DNA from: Phoronis australis
Taxonomy: Eukaryota > Animalia > Phoronida
Reading direction: 5' to 3'
NCBI GenBank assembly: GCA_002633005.1
Contig: NMRA01000743.1
Coordinates: 106,245 to 170,244, forward strand
DNA length: 64,000 nt
Under the pieces are notes generated by a model, which was not told the origin of the DNA, searched no databases, and saw only the letters and a list, made by a program, of their open reading frames with translations. A program made the position numbers and the translations under genes. Below are positions 38,401 to 53,400 of this stretch, piece by piece (positions within the stretch are counted from its first letter, which is position 1; every line of letters begins with the position of its first letter).

Positions 38401-41400
38401 GCTGTTTAAGAGTGGGAAACAAAAATGACTTTGTGGGAATATGAAATGACTAAGATGTATTGGTAGCTACAGATTGGACAGGTCTTGGCCAAGCTGTTTT
38501 GTAAGTCTCTCCAAGTGTACATTCAATGTCAATTATTAAAGCAAATCCTTATTACAATTCGGATGATGTCATCTACGGCATTGCTGTCATTTTTCAAATG
38601 CGTTGTGGGAGTATTGTCGGCTCATAGTCATCGAGTGACAGCACAGATAATGTGGTGAGCGTATAAACAACAGTATGAAACAACACTTGCCACTTGAGCG
38701 GACAGGAATTGAAGAATTGAAAGTGAGTTTCAAAATGCATCGAATTAATAGATAGATTGGCGAATCTTTTGCGCAAAAGATTCTCTAGGAACGTGTTACT
38801 AGCTCAGGCTGAAATTACTAAAACACTACTCGAGATGCAAATTATAAATCAGATTGCACGTCCCTAAGTTATCTGTGATGTCACCAGATGTTAACGAACC
38901 AACAACCATCCCACGATAAACCACATCAATGGCATAGATGCAATAGTATCCAATAGTGCAGGCTAGCCCAATAGTGCAGGTCAGTGACCACCCACCTGTA
39001 GAGAATGGTGGTGTTCACATAATCTTCTCAAAGTGGAAGTCTGGCAATGTTGAGGATATTTGACAACGAAAGTAAATTGTGTTGCTTTCTTTATCTAAGA
39101 TGTATCAATGTATCTACTGTCCAGTATAAAAGAATTTGAGTTAGTCGGCCAGACAACTCCTCAATAACACTGTGAATGCTGCCAAGAAACCGAATTATAA
39201 AAGAAAAGTCATATGGTGTTTTTTCAGTTTTGTGGTTTGATATGCAATATGTACCTTTATTGTTTTGTGTAATTTGCGGGAGTAACTCTGCAGGTGGTTT
39301 AACTGGCAGCGTCTTCTACGCGTGAAATTTGTTTGAGTAATCTGTCAGTAGAGCGATCTCATTTGTTACTTGTCACATTTTTTGCAGGTTTGTATGACAT
39401 GCTCAAAGACTATTTTGAAAAATTTAGCAGCAAGCACTGCTGTTTCTCCGACATGAAGCCATATGTAAGGCTTTTAGACAAAGAACAATCGAGCAAGGTA
39501 AACTTCCCAACTGCGTATCACAATTTTTAGTCTTTCAGTAGCACTATGAATAGTAGCAACGGAAAAACCTGCATTAGTTGGTTGCTGGAAACAAGCTAAT
39601 GTAGTTCAGGAAGAATTTCATTGTATGATAAAATCTCACCAATTTAGGACGCAATATGGTTGACAGGCGAAATTTAATTTTTTTTCACTTTAAATTTAAT
39701 AAAAGGTAATTTGTGCTAAGTAAATGTGATACCATTTCAAANCCAATAGTGCAGGTCTACTGACCCCCCACCTGTAGAGAATGGTGGTGTTCACATAATC
39801 TTCTCAAAGTGGAAGTCTGGCAATGTTGAGGATATTTGACAAGGAAAGTAAATTGTGTTGCTTTCTTTATCTAAGATGTATCAATGTATCTACTGTCCAT
39901 TATAAAAGAATTTGAGTTAGTCGGCCAGACAACTCCTCAATAACACTGTGAATGCTGCCAAGAAACCGAATTATTATAGAAAAATCATATGGTGTTTTTT
40001 CATCAGTAGAGCGATCTCGTTTGTTACTTGTCACATTTTTTGCAGGTTTGTATGACATGCTCAAAGACTATTTTGAAAAATTTAGCAGCAAGCACTGCTG
40101 TTTCTCCGACATGAAGCCATATGTAAGGCTTTTAGACAAAGAACAATCGAGCAAGGTAAACTTCCCAACTGCGTATCACAATTTTTAGTCTTTCAGTAGC
40201 ACTATGAATAGTAGCAACGGAAAAACATGCATTGGTTGCTTTTGGATTATTTACTTAGAGTTTTATTACGTTGCTGGAAACAAGCTGATGTAGTTCAGGA
40301 AGAATTTCATTGTATGATAAAATCTCACCAATTTAGGACACAATATGGTTGACAGGCGAAATTTAATTTTTTTTCACTTTTAATAAAAGGTAATTTGTGC
40401 TAAGTAAATGTGATACCATTTCAAAAGTTTGTGAGATAGCTACCTTCTTACAATGGTTTCTGAGAAATTGTCGACATTCAAAACAAAGTTACAAGCTTTG
40501 AAAAAATGAGAAAGATATTTTGTCCGAACTTGGTGAAATTTTTTCGGTAATGGTAGACTGCTCTGATGTCAGTTTTGGTACAAATAGTTGTTCCCTTGGA
40601 ATGAGGCACAACAGTTATCTTTATATTTAATCCCTTGTACTTTTAAGTTAATAGAACTGGGTTTTGATTTTCTATTTTACACATTGACTATAAATCTTCC
40701 AAGAGACCCAGTGGTATTAGTTAATTCTGTGTTTGTTCCTGTCAGTAGAAGCTTTTGTAGTCCATTTATTATTTATATTCCAGTTAACGAAAGACTTGTT
40801 GCAAATGACTAACTTATTAGACAAGGATGGCATGATGCAGTTGGCAGCTGATGTAAGTAAAATACCATCTGTGAATTACTGTTCTACTTTCACAGAATTG
40901 GTGTACTCTTAAAACTGGCGTGACGTTCATTTTGGCTCTGACCCTGAGCCGCTATCCATTAGTCTTTGACAATTTCCAGTGTCGAAAACACCAGCTTTTG
41001 AATCTGGACCACTCGGTGTAGGTTTCTTTGTTACTTACTCGAATGAGAGGGGATTCCTAGACTTGGAACGAATGATCGTTACTTTTAATGGATGCATTAG
41101 GCAAATAATAAATTGTTTTGTAACATTATTGGCTGGTTACCTGGCAACACTCCGTAAAGTAATATAACAACAATTTTTAAAGTATTCGTCATTAATCAAC
41201 CTTACATGAGGAATACTATACACAAATCGACATTTTACATCCCGGTAATTCTGCATGAGTTCAAAATACAGGTTAGAAAAATTTGCAACGTTAACCTACG
41301 AATCTTAACAGTGGAGCTGTAAAGGAAGTTAGAATTACTATTCCATTCGCAATCAAACCTACCAAATCTATCCAACTGGGTGTGACACTGAGAAGTCTTC

Positions 41401-44400
41401 TGTTGTACACAAATATGTATACAACAAATATTTAGTGTCCCACTTTTTCTACAAAAAAGTGCATGTTTAAAAACTATTTTGACCAATTGCCAATGAATTG
41501 CATAATTCAGGGGATTTTATCTACAACAAAACTTACTCAGTTAGCAGCGCCGATGCCATTTTTAAAATGCATTGTAAGATTGTTGTTGGCTCATAAACAT
41601 CCAGTGACATCGCAGAAAACTTTGTAACCCATACCGTCCAATAATACGATAGAAAACAATGTTTTTCACCCAAGAGCTCAGCATAAATGAAAACACAGCA
41701 ATATGCTTTTTGGTGCAAGTATGAGTAAATTACCATCACATGAAAGTACAAAGTGACGGTGAACCTCAAAATTCTTCAAATGAATAAATCTTTAGCATGA
41801 CGAATTCTCGCAGCAAATGCCATTGTATCACATTGATTAGAGGTATCTCACCATCTGAAATGCCAGGCCTGCATTTTGTAGACCAAAGACAATCACGTGA
41901 ATGCTTGATTACGCGTGATTCATTGAGTTATTGCCATGCATTACAAACAAAGCATGTGATTACACAAGTTTTACTGTCTTAATTCTTGCATCTGCAGAGT
42001 GCAGTCTCCCTGTCCAAGTTTTCAGTGATGTTTCCGGTTGTTTAGAAGATGACAACAGCGCCATAGATGATGTGCCAGAATTGACTCTAGTCACTGCACA
42101 AACTCTGTCTCTAGACTAAATAACAAGCATGGCCAAATAGGATGTTACTTTGTCCTTCAGAACACAATTTCACCGCAATTACTGCTACCAACATAAGATC
42201 AGTATCCACTAAAACAGAACTAATCTGGCAAAGTCTGGAATTGCTTGTAACGTGGCTTGCCCAATCATTGGTTGTCAGTAAAAATTACACTCAAATCAAC
42301 TGATCTTATCAAAACATTGACCTAGAAATTCATCAATGGATTGGCCAATCATTCAAAACAAAGTTAATGTCACTGGACAAAAATATAAGAGATAGAATGA
42401 TGATATAGATATATAAAAATCTAAAACCTGAATATTGCCTGTAGCACAGCGGTTAGAGCAAAATAACTAACCAGTTAGGGAGCACGGTTCAAAGCTGACA
42501 CATATGTCAAAAAAAAAAAAATTTATTCTCAAAAATACACGAAGTCGAATGATGTTGCATTGTTGCTGGAGACCAGACTCATCTAGCAGCTCTGTGGGTC
42601 ATTTTTTGCACCGAGCATGGTCTCAAGCAATATGGAATTGTCAGTTCTTTCCTGCTTAGACCAGTATTACAGCAGAAAGTGGGTTTACTCAAAACTGATT
42701 TTCCGTAACATATCATGGGTTTACAGCAGCTGTACTCATCTGGAACTTATAATCTCGCCATTTTTGTGGTGAAAATGATATCACCAGAAATACACTAGTT
42801 CCTTTAATAAACTCAAAGTGATGTTACCAATTGCTGGTGTTCAATGAAGTCATTTACATGATAAAATGAATATATTAGTTTGCAGCCGTCTATGCTGCAC
42901 CAGTACTTATGTGTTTGAGATAAACTAGAGGGTGGCCACGACTGAGTTCTTGATTGTGTTATCTGGACTGTTATAGGCTAAGCAAGTACAGAGTCATTTG
43001 AGCGTGCTCCAGTTGTCCAGGTATCTCGATCAGCACAGTGGTTTGTCTGTGGATGACCGAATGAATCTCGCTCATCAGCTTGCAGCCCGTCACGAAGACG
43101 CATTGCAGTTTGGTAAGGTCACTCGATTTTGTTCAGATAGAGATAGTTTTGTGGAAATCAAATTTGAAACGAGCAGCGTTTGTACTGCTGTGCCCTGCTT
43201 TGGTAGTAGTAGACTTNTTGTTTTGTGAGGTTTTATCACGTGTTAAGCAATGGCCCGAAACTTTCTTCGGCGAATCCGGGAATTTACAAAAGTGGCCAAA
43301 GGTGCTAGCCAATGAAACGCGTCAAAGATCGATTCTGCATATCCCACACGACTTGCTTACAAGTCATCGGGAGGGCTGTTCTCGGTTAGTGTTCTTTTGA
43401 ACTTGAATTTGGCAACAACCAAATAACGGTCGGATTAACAACAGCTGCTTCGTATTTGCCAGGTATCTGTTGAGAAGTGTAAATACTCAGCTCGCATTCA
43501 TTGGAAATTTCAGGTCGCATTTTGTGACTTGATACGAGCTGACAAAAATCTCAGCTCGCATTTCCAAATTTCAGGTCGCAAATGCGACCTGCAGCTCGTT
43601 ATGTCGAGCCCTGTAGATATATAAAACTCTAAAACCTGAACATTGCCTGTAGCACAGCGGTTAGAGCAAAAGAACAAACCAGTTAGGGACCACGGTTCAA
43701 AGCTGACACATATGTCAAAAAAAAAATTTTTATTCTCAAAAATACACAAAGTCGAATGATGTTGCATTATTGCTAGAGACCAGACTCATCTAGCAGCCCT
43801 GTCTCTGTGGGTCATTTTTTGCACCGAGCATGGTCTCAAGCAATATGGAATTGTCAGTTCTTTCCTGCTTAGACCAGTATTACAGCAGAAAGTGGGCTTA
43901 CTCAAAACTGATTTTCTGTAACGTAACATGGGTTTACAGCAGCTGTACTCACCTGGAACTGATAGTCTCGCCATTTTTGTGGTGAAAATGATATCGCCAG
44001 AAATACACTAGTTCCTTTAATAAACTCAAAGTGATGTTACCAATTGCTCGTCTTCAATGAAGTCATTTACATGATAAAATGAATATATTAGTTTGCAGCC
44101 GTCTATGCTGCACCAGTACTTATGTGTTTGAGATAAACTAGAGGGTGGCCACGACTGAGTTCTTGATTGTGTTATCTGGACTGTTATAGGCTAAGCAAGT
44201 ACAGAGTCATTTGAGCGTGCTCCAGTTGTCCAGGTATCTCGATCAGCACAGTGGTTTGTCTGTGGATGACCGAATGAATCTCGCTCATCAGCTTGCAGCC
44301 CGTCACGAAGACGCATTGCAGTTTGGTAAGGTCACTCGATTTTGTTCAGATAGAGATAGTTTTGTGGAAATCAAATTTGAAACGAGCAGCGTTTGTACTG

Positions 44401-47400
44401 CTGTGCCCTGCTTTGGTAGTAGTAGACTTTCCTCATGATCTGCTTTTAAGTCTTGAAAATTGGAAAAACCTTGATACAGGTCCATAGAGGTACATAAGAG
44501 TCTATTTATGCAAGTTGTTGAAAGTTTTGTTAAAGCTGCATTTCTCCTGTTTAGCTGTCAGACAAGTGTACAATTCTTGACAGAAGCACTATGCAATTTA
44601 AAAACATTACCACACTTATCAGATCTCGAATTACTAGCGAATTAGCAGTCAATTCAAGCCATGAGCAATGCCTACATAAGCAATGCATACATAAGCAGTG
44701 CATACATAAGCAGTGCATACGTAGAAATGCATACATAAGCAGTGCATACATAAGCAGTGCATACGTAGCAATGCATACATAAGCAGTGCATACATAGCAA
44801 TGCATACATAAGCAATGCATACATAAGCAATGCATACATAGCAATGCATACATAAGCAATGCATACATAAGCAATGCATACATAAGCAGTGCATACATAA
44901 GCAGTGCATACATAAGCAGTGCATACATAAGCAGTGCATACATAAGCAGTGCATACATAAGCAGTGCATACATAAGCAGTGCATACATAAGCAGTGCATA
45001 CATAAGCAGTGCATACATAAGCAGTGCATACATAAGCAGTGCATACATAAGCAGTGCATACATAAGCAGTGCATACATAAGCAGTGCATACATAAGCAGT
45101 GCATACATAAGCAGTGCATACATAAGCAGTGCATACATAAGCAGTGCATACATAAGCAGTGCATACATAAGCAGTGCATACATAAGCAGTGCATACATAA
45201 GCAGTGCATACATAAGCAGTGCATACATAAGCAGTGCATACATAAGCCATTTTTCAATCCGCAATCTTAGGGTTGGCTAACTCCGATAAATTCTAGAGGA
45301 TTTTCTTGAGTCACTGTTGGTTTCAATGCTTGTGTTGACAATAAAAAGAGAACCCTATCACTGTAAGGAATATTATGTGACCGATTTTGTGAGAGTAAAA
45401 GGTCTGATTCTGTTTTTTTTTTTTTCTTTAGCCAGCTCAACAGGACAAAATACAGTTAAGGTATATCTATTGTTCAGCCACTTCAACATTGCGTAATTAT
45501 TCTTTGTTCTCCTCAGGAAAAGACCTTCTTAGCACTGACCTGCAACATGGTGATAGCTATCTATTGATGTCCGTTCACATATTCGCTGAACTGTGGAGGG
45601 AAACAGGTGAGTTAGTTGTGTGCTGTTGGTTGTCATGTTTCACTGCGTGGTTTACTAATACTGTACGCACCAGGAATGGCTTGATATTGACAGTCATGAA
45701 GGGTGGCATTTGTGGTCAGTTATCATGAGGAATTAGGTAGAACGTTATTGCTTATCAGCAGTTAGCATGATGGGTTACTACCCATGATGGGTTACTACCC
45801 ATGATGGGTTACTACCCATGATGGGTTACTACCCATGATGGGTTACTACCCATGATGGGTTACTACCCATGATGGGTTACTACCCATGATGGGTTACTAC
45901 CCATGATGGGTTACTACCCATCATTATGGCATGAGAGGAGTTGCTCATATTGTAGGCGAAACAATATTTTGTCAATGTATATATGGCGTATAGTGCAGAT
46001 GCCATAATTCTGGTACTTTTGGTATTTTACTTTTTTGTCGTCCAAGGAATGCCGATTTAAACAGTACAACCATCAAGCAAAGCTAAACAGTTTTAGGTAT
46101 GAATTGTTTACTGATCGTTGCTAACTCGGATTACATGATGCCGTGTCATTTTTGACCATTTCGTCGCTATAGAATTATTCGTTACTTTTCACAATGAAAT
46201 TTACACTTAGCACATACACTATTTCAAGCAGATACGCTCATTTTGGCTACAAAGGTGAAATATCGTGCCATATCTCTATGATAGCATATTGGTCTTCTTG
46301 ACTGATTCGCTTGCCAGAACCTATTAACCAATCTGAATTTGTGAGACACGAACTCACCATCCTCAACATATGTGTAGGTGATGACAATTTTCTGTGGAGG
46401 ATGGTCGTTCTACTGGAGCGGGCACTCAAGTCAAGCCCGAGCAACTTTCAGATGAAGATTCTGCTCATAAACTTCTACTGCATTCTGGGAGCCTTTGGTC
46501 CTTGTCCACTTATCTATGACAGTATGGAGATTAAGAATGTACAGAACGACACGCTAGGGTAAGATTTCTTTGTGCCACATACCAAGCATTGTATAGTGTA
46601 CTTCTTTAAATGAATGCTGACAGTTGCGCCGACTTACTTTCAAATACAGTCATTTATAATAATTCTGCTTTCTTCCTCCGTGTTGACAGGCTTCACTGGT
46701 ATTGTCTGAGTTTGTGGGAAAAGTGACAATTTTCTCCGCCAAAGTTTTTTATTGTTTTGTTGTTGTTTTCATTTCTCATCATTGCTGATTACTAACCCAT
46801 CCATAGCAGCATTTGGACCAGTTTTCCTCAAAATCCCTGGCCCTTTTTTTGATTTCTGTATATCAAGCAACATGTGAGGTAGTGTCCTCTGTTGGTCTGT
46901 AGAAAGACTCTCCTTCCTAGATTGGCCACTGTTCTAGTTGTCTCCCACCAGTGCTTGTCTTGTTTGATGGTGTGCTGCATTTCCAGGTATTTGATATCAA
47001 ATCATGTGTGTCGCCTTGGTAACCTGACGTCAGCCTCCATAGTCTATGGTAACATGTTGCGTTTCTTCACTGTCAATCACAAAGAGGTATGAACGTGCCA
47101 TGTGACTTAGATTTTTGTACTTAACTGTTAGTATTAAATGTAAGTAAAAATTGTTAGTCTTCTTACACGTCATATGTTGGTCATGTCACATGACCTATAG
47201 TTAAGTCTGAAAAGATCTCTGTACCAATCGGGGCTCTGTCGCTGATTTTCTGTTTCCTGTTCCCCCTTCTCAGTTTGTGGCTCTCATTCTAGTGTTCAAT
47301 CATTCTGCAGTGTTCACTGTCTAGGTGTGTAGTTTTCCATGTTGTAAGCAACGTAACAAAACATCTGGACCTCGTATATGGCATCAGTATGGTGAATGGG

Positions 47401-50400
47401 ACATCGTTCACTAAAGCGTCAATCAGTAGTTTTCTTGTGTAATCAGTGTTAATTATGATAATATACCCTATAGTTGTGTTATTAAACAAAGTTCCTGTCG
47501 AGTAGCCAGAGTATGCAAAATCGCCAGCTGTTTCACCACTGATGTCTCTCTAGTCTTTCGTCTTTGTTAAGGTTATATAAGACCTTATCAACAAGTCTTT
47601 GCATTCAGCCAATTATCTAAAAAAAACTACAAAATCTAACTGTTAGTAAAATTTTGTATTTTCTGTAAGTAGAAATCCTGTGGAATTTCATTTTTGGCTT
47701 GATACCAGTCTGCCATTGATTATATCTCCTGACCATGTGTTTTTAGTAAAATTTAGCAGGAAAAAGAAATATGCATAGCAAGGCAACCAAAACAACAGCA
47801 TCGATTCAGTAAGATATTTTGTTTGATTTAAATGATCAAGATGAAATTTTTAAAACGCTGTCATCATTTTGTTTTTATTTTACGCAACTTTCGATTTTTT
47901 TTAGCCATCGTGCCAAAGTTTATCATTTTAAAAGCAAATCCTAACAATGTAAACATAGTAACTGAAAGTTTTATTTGAATCTCAACATATCTGAGATTTT
48001 GTGTTCCGAAGTTAGCCAAATTTGACATTTTTGTAGGGTCTAACGTAACCTTAAGACTGAGAGTTATCTCAATGAGAAAGGACTGCTTAGGTGGAGAACA
48101 GATAAGTGTTGAGGCTCCTGAGTTTCTACAAAATACTGATTGGATTTTAGATTTGTTGCTATAATAATTTGTTGATAGCTTTTTGAAGTCTATTTTAGAC
48201 TCAGAACTCGTTGAAATTTTTCAGATCACGGAACAGTTGACCACATCTTATAAGTTTGGGTCATTTTGCAAGGTAAGATTCCCTAGTCATCAGATGTCCT
48301 GTGAATGAGTGACTCTTAAGGCAGTTTTGTCTGCAGTAAAGAGAATGGGATTTGGAAGAAGTCATTGCAATAATGTGATTAGAATATGTGTGAATAGGCA
48401 GTGCTTAAACTAGAATTAATAGGATCCTGAAAAACTTCAGTGGAAACTTGCAGGAATTTGAGTAAAAATGGTCTTAAATGAATTTAGATTGTTTGAAATG
48501 GATATTGTTGACTTAACAAATAAAGCAATTTTTGTATACTTGTTAAGTATTAAACCATTTAGTATAATTTCTTCTTTTGTTAACAGATAATAGAATTCAT
48601 CAATTTCCGGGAAAGACTCCAAAACTCACTCCAGTATGCAATAGCTACATCTGAGAGGATGTTGATCGACCTGACTATTGAAGCTGAAAGGTGCACGCAC
48701 ATCATGTTCTGTTACTGTGGGATCGTACAGGGCCAGACTAGGAGAAGGTCCTAGAGACAATCCTGCTTTATTCAGCACTAAATGTTCAAAACCTCCTTAC
48801 TCCACTGTCCAGTTCTACATAATGTTACTTTGGTGTACAAACATGTACATCAGAGCCTATGTTGTTTTGAGAAGTTGCAATGGTTTATCTTTTGTATGTG
48901 AGAAATTTTGTGTTACTTTGTGTTTAACACTTAATCTGCGTCACCTGTGAATATGTTCACAATGAGCCCAATGTAGTATTTATTGTGTTTTTTACACGTT
49001 CAACAAGGAATGCACATTGTCGTAAGGTTGTCTAGCTTGCTCTGATTTGTAAATCTTAGAAAATGGATTGATGCCATTTTGATTATATTAATATTTGTTT
49101 TATCCAGTTTCAAAGGGAGCTTATGCGTTATTGAAACAAGTTTTTTTTTTTGAGATCTCATTAGTTTATCTTCAGATTGTTGATGATTTCTTGACTAAAA
49201 GTGTATCGTTGTTTGAACGTCTGCTCTCTTTTTCAGTCTCCAAGATACTGACGATGCTTTAGCTTATCTGTCCATTGACCCAGCCAATGGTAGGTTATAT
49301 GATGTGCATTGGTCAATTAGTTGGTTACATGTATGGTAAAATCTCACCAATTTTGGACACAACATGGCTGACACATGAAAGTTTATTTTCTGATTTTCTC
49401 ATATAAGATAAGTAAGATTTTATCGCAAGTCGCCTGATGTTCACTTTAATCTGTAATCAAGAGTTATTGGTAGCGTTTTGTGGGCTAAAACATAAGGCAC
49501 CAGTTACAAAAGTCAACTTCAATCGTTCTTACTTGTAGGTGCTTGTGCATTTATTTTCTTTATTAGCTTGCAGTGCTCACTTACCGTACAAAAGTCTTAT
49601 GATGGTGTGAGGTTATAAATCTGGAATGTGCTAGCATGAACAGCATTTCAATATTAGGCAAATATCTTCCTTTGTTACAATTGTCTTGGAGAATAGGGCA
49701 GGATACCGCAACAGAATGTTAACTTCATATCACTCTGCATGACAGGGGATCCGTCAACTAAAAACTATCTACCACAACTCTAGTCTGTATGCTCTGTCAT
49801 TCCTGTTTCATGACCTCTCATCATGGCAGGCCTGTGAATAACCTCAAGGATTATGAGTTAACACAGTTATTGTCGTGATCAAGAACTTTGACCTCAGGAA
49901 ACCCTAACGTGTGGCCAGTGTTGTTGGAATGAGTACACAAGGCATACAGTCGTACACAGGCTGGCGTTGTGGTAGATAGTTGGAATGAGTACACAAGGCA
50001 TACAGTCGTATACAGGCTGGCGTTGTGGTAGTTAGTTGGAATGAGTACACAAGGCATACAGTAGTATACAGACTGGCGTTGTGGTAGATAGTGTTTAGGT
50101 GACGGATCCTGTGTCATGCACTGTGATGTGGCATGAGCATTCTGTTACAGTATTCGAATCTGTTTGACTATTGTACCTGAGGGTGATATTGCCTAATATC
50201 GAAACATGGTTCATGCTGCACTCTCGTGTCATTTTTGTTTTCAGCTTCCTCCTTCTAATTTGGCTAAAAACTAATATGTTTTGGTTTATAAGGTCATCCT
50301 CGTTTCAGATAAAACTAACTGGGAGGAGTTAACAGATAATCGTGACATGAGTTTCCTACTCTCATGGGATCCCCCGTCCAGGTAATTTTATTAAAACTTT

Positions 50401-53400
50401 TCCTGTTTGTGTATTTTGATCTAACTACACCATGTTCATTCTTGGCAGTATATTCACCAAATAATTGTCAAATCGGTTTTCACCAGGGTTTGCCGTTCAT
50501 CTGTTCCTAATTTAATTGAGGTCTATTTTATTCATGGCTTTGTGTTACTTTGAAATTTGTCACTTAAGTAAGCTCTTCTGAGCAGTAACTGTCACATTTG
50601 TATTTAACTTAAAAACTAATATATTTTGCCAAATGAATGTCATTGCTAACATCCATGATATTTTTGTTAGATAATGTATTTTTAAGATATCTTTCTAGGA
50701 TGATAGGCAGGTATCTTAACTACAAAATTTCCATGGTTTTTTATAAAATCTTGAGAAATGGATGGTTACAATACTCCAATTGTGCATTGCAGTTTGCAGT
50801 GTTGTATCACTTATGACTCTAGATTTATTGAAAATGTTTTTTAGTTTTTTTTGGATAACTCACAGACTGTTTGGTTACATCAACCCTGGCTTTACATTCT
50901 TACCTATGTCAAATTGAACCAAGTCAAATAAGATACCACAGTAACTGGGTGTGCTTTTGCAGTTGTGGTATAAATATGTTGGCTGACTTTGTTCTCTTGT
51001 TCTTCAAAGGTGTATCATTCAGGAAGTTAAACAGACGTCTTTCAATGAAGAAGTAAGTCATGCAGCTGTTTAAGTTGAGATATTCACCTTGGAGTGGGCC
51101 TCGTTTTGTTTGGATGTGTTCAGCTGAAGCTCTTTTATAAACTGAAGTGTTAGTTCGTGCAGAAATTAATGCTAAAAAGTCCATTGTAAAAGGAAACTTG
51201 TTTTCAATTTGGTAAAGTCTTTGTTCATGAAGAAATAAAGAAGTACGATCTCGCAGCCAGAGTTCAGAACAGTGTTTGCCCAACACTTCCTAACAGTGAT
51301 GTCTAGCGGATCAACCTTTCAGAATTTGTGGTGTCCGTTTCAGTTTGGGAATTTTCGTTTACAAAGCTGCTGCTGTTGTATCAAATGCGTTGTAGACTGT
51401 TGTCAGCTAGAAAATATCTGGTAACATCATAAGACATGGAAACATGTTGGTAAAAACACTTCTCACTTGAACGTGTCAGAACGGAAAGCACACACAGACT
51501 CACTGCGATATTCATTTTGGTGCAAGTACGATAAAGCTACAGATATACTATGTCAAAGATTTTGTGCAAAACATTCTCGAGCAACCACTAATATGATCAT
51601 GGTGTAATTAAATCTCAACGGCTAAAAGGCAAATTATAAATCAGGATGTTTATGAGCCGTCAACAGCCCCACAATGAATTGGAAAAATTATTTTCTTTAA
51701 GAGTCCATGAAAATGGTCCAGAAATCTTTAAATGAGAAAATGGGGCACCAGTTTATCAACAGAAAATAAAAGAAGATAACAAATAATTGAACTGTGATGA
51801 TTTATGTCTTTGATTTATTACTTACATCTTGTCAAAATTACATCCAATTGCATCTAAAAAATTCCATATACTCTGAAACCAAGCTTGTAGAAATATAAAA
51901 TTCATTGTTTTGCCTGTTTGCACCAATCTCTATGGTGGGTTCTAATCTCACCAACTGCAATCAAGTGCTGAATCCAAATTTCTTGGAAAATCTGCTCTAA
52001 TGGTCTCTGTAAGTGCGCCAAACATAATAATTGATTACGTAGCATAGATCTGTAGCCATGACACGGGCAACTTTTTATTTGATGGAATACAACTTTCCAG
52101 TTACTTCCAAAAGTTGTTGAATTTCTCAGTGTTGCTTGCATTAATTGTAGAAAGCATGGCTCCACATGCGTAACTTGCTGTTACGAAGCCTAGCTGCGGC
52201 CGTGTTGATGAGTAAACATGGCTGTGAGGGTGGTGTCGCCGTCAACGGGAACAGCAATAACACGGCAAAGGTTTTGGCTGACTTGTCATCGGAGTTTGAT
52301 GGCGTGGTGAAGAAGAGTGCTGTCTACAGTGACCCCATTGAGGTGAGTGCTTCCAATTGTGATCGATGCCGTTGACGTTGAAACTTTAATTTATGTATTG
52401 TACAAGACAAACGTAATAAAGCAAAGTACCGTTTCCCCTGTCGTAACGCCTAATTTTTGATAACGGCATAAGTGATCCGTAATAACTATTAGGGCCACAA
52501 AATGCTAATTTCAGCCTGGTTTAGCCACCTTACTAACTTCCCTGTCAATTCTCCTTCATTCTTGGCCATCAGGGAAGACTACTCTGATGATGAATTCAAC
52601 TTTCATCCAGCCTTCATGAGGGGAGTTCTGGGTAATTTTATCTGAACACATTTGGCTTGTGTTTTACTTGAAGTCTAATGATGTGAGTCTTTAAGGGTAT
52701 TGGACTCAGTTTAAGGTATTGTAGAACCCTAGAAAAATGTCCAAATTTAGCTAAGTTCAGACCATTATATCTAAGAAGTTGCTGATTGGATTTTTATGAA
52801 ACTTTCAAATACTATGCTTTATGTACTGTTTTTAAAACGTTACACTTTTGTATGAGGCGCCATCCAAAAATATGACTGGTTCACAACACTATAAAGCCTT
52901 TGAAAAAAGGTCAATTTTAGTAATTAATATTTTGTCCAAAATTGGTAAGATTTTACCGTACTATGCAATACTGCTGAGGAAGACTTGTGGGATATGACAA
53001 TACGGTGTTGTTAACATGGTTTATCGTGTTCACCATGTCATGAATCAGCTGAAAGCATTCTGATAGTTCTGGTCGACTGGTTGTTAGTAGACTATTACTG
53101 TTTGTTCTACTAATGGGTATGGCACTGCTGGTATTGTTATAGTTTTGTGTTGGTACAGACAAACCACATTGCAACGAATGCTCAAGGATTTTTTTTTCTG
53201 AAACATTCATTATACGTAACCGAAGTTCCCTGTAACCAAATCAATTGACAGATACAATTCATTTGTCTTGGTACTTGTGGAGTGGAAACGAAATTTTAAT
53301 TGTAACACAGTGATATCACTGTCACTAACTGTTATTTGTATAATTATTTGTTGTCCATTTCCCCAGTACCCCATCCAAGGGCCATTCAGAACACGCATCA

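Larger units (their letters stand above)
38968..40425. repeat. Direct duplication across N at 39742 containing NAA25 exon 10
   Basis: 38968-39741 vs 39743-40425; copy 2 lacks about 120 bp (about 39225-39343). Confidence 0.92.
42406..44429. repeat. Direct duplication across N at 43217 containing NAA25 exon 12
   Basis: 42406-43216 vs 43614-44429, separated by an hAT-like fragment. Confidence 0.92.

Noticed and set aside
42437-42520. Possible tRNA gene
   Set aside because: A- and B-box-like motifs are present but there is no acceptor or anticodon stem; kept only as a SINE-like remnant.
44551-45264. Three long minus-strand ORFs (237, 202 and 192 aa)
   Set aside because: They are translations of a 15-bp tandem repeat in an intron.
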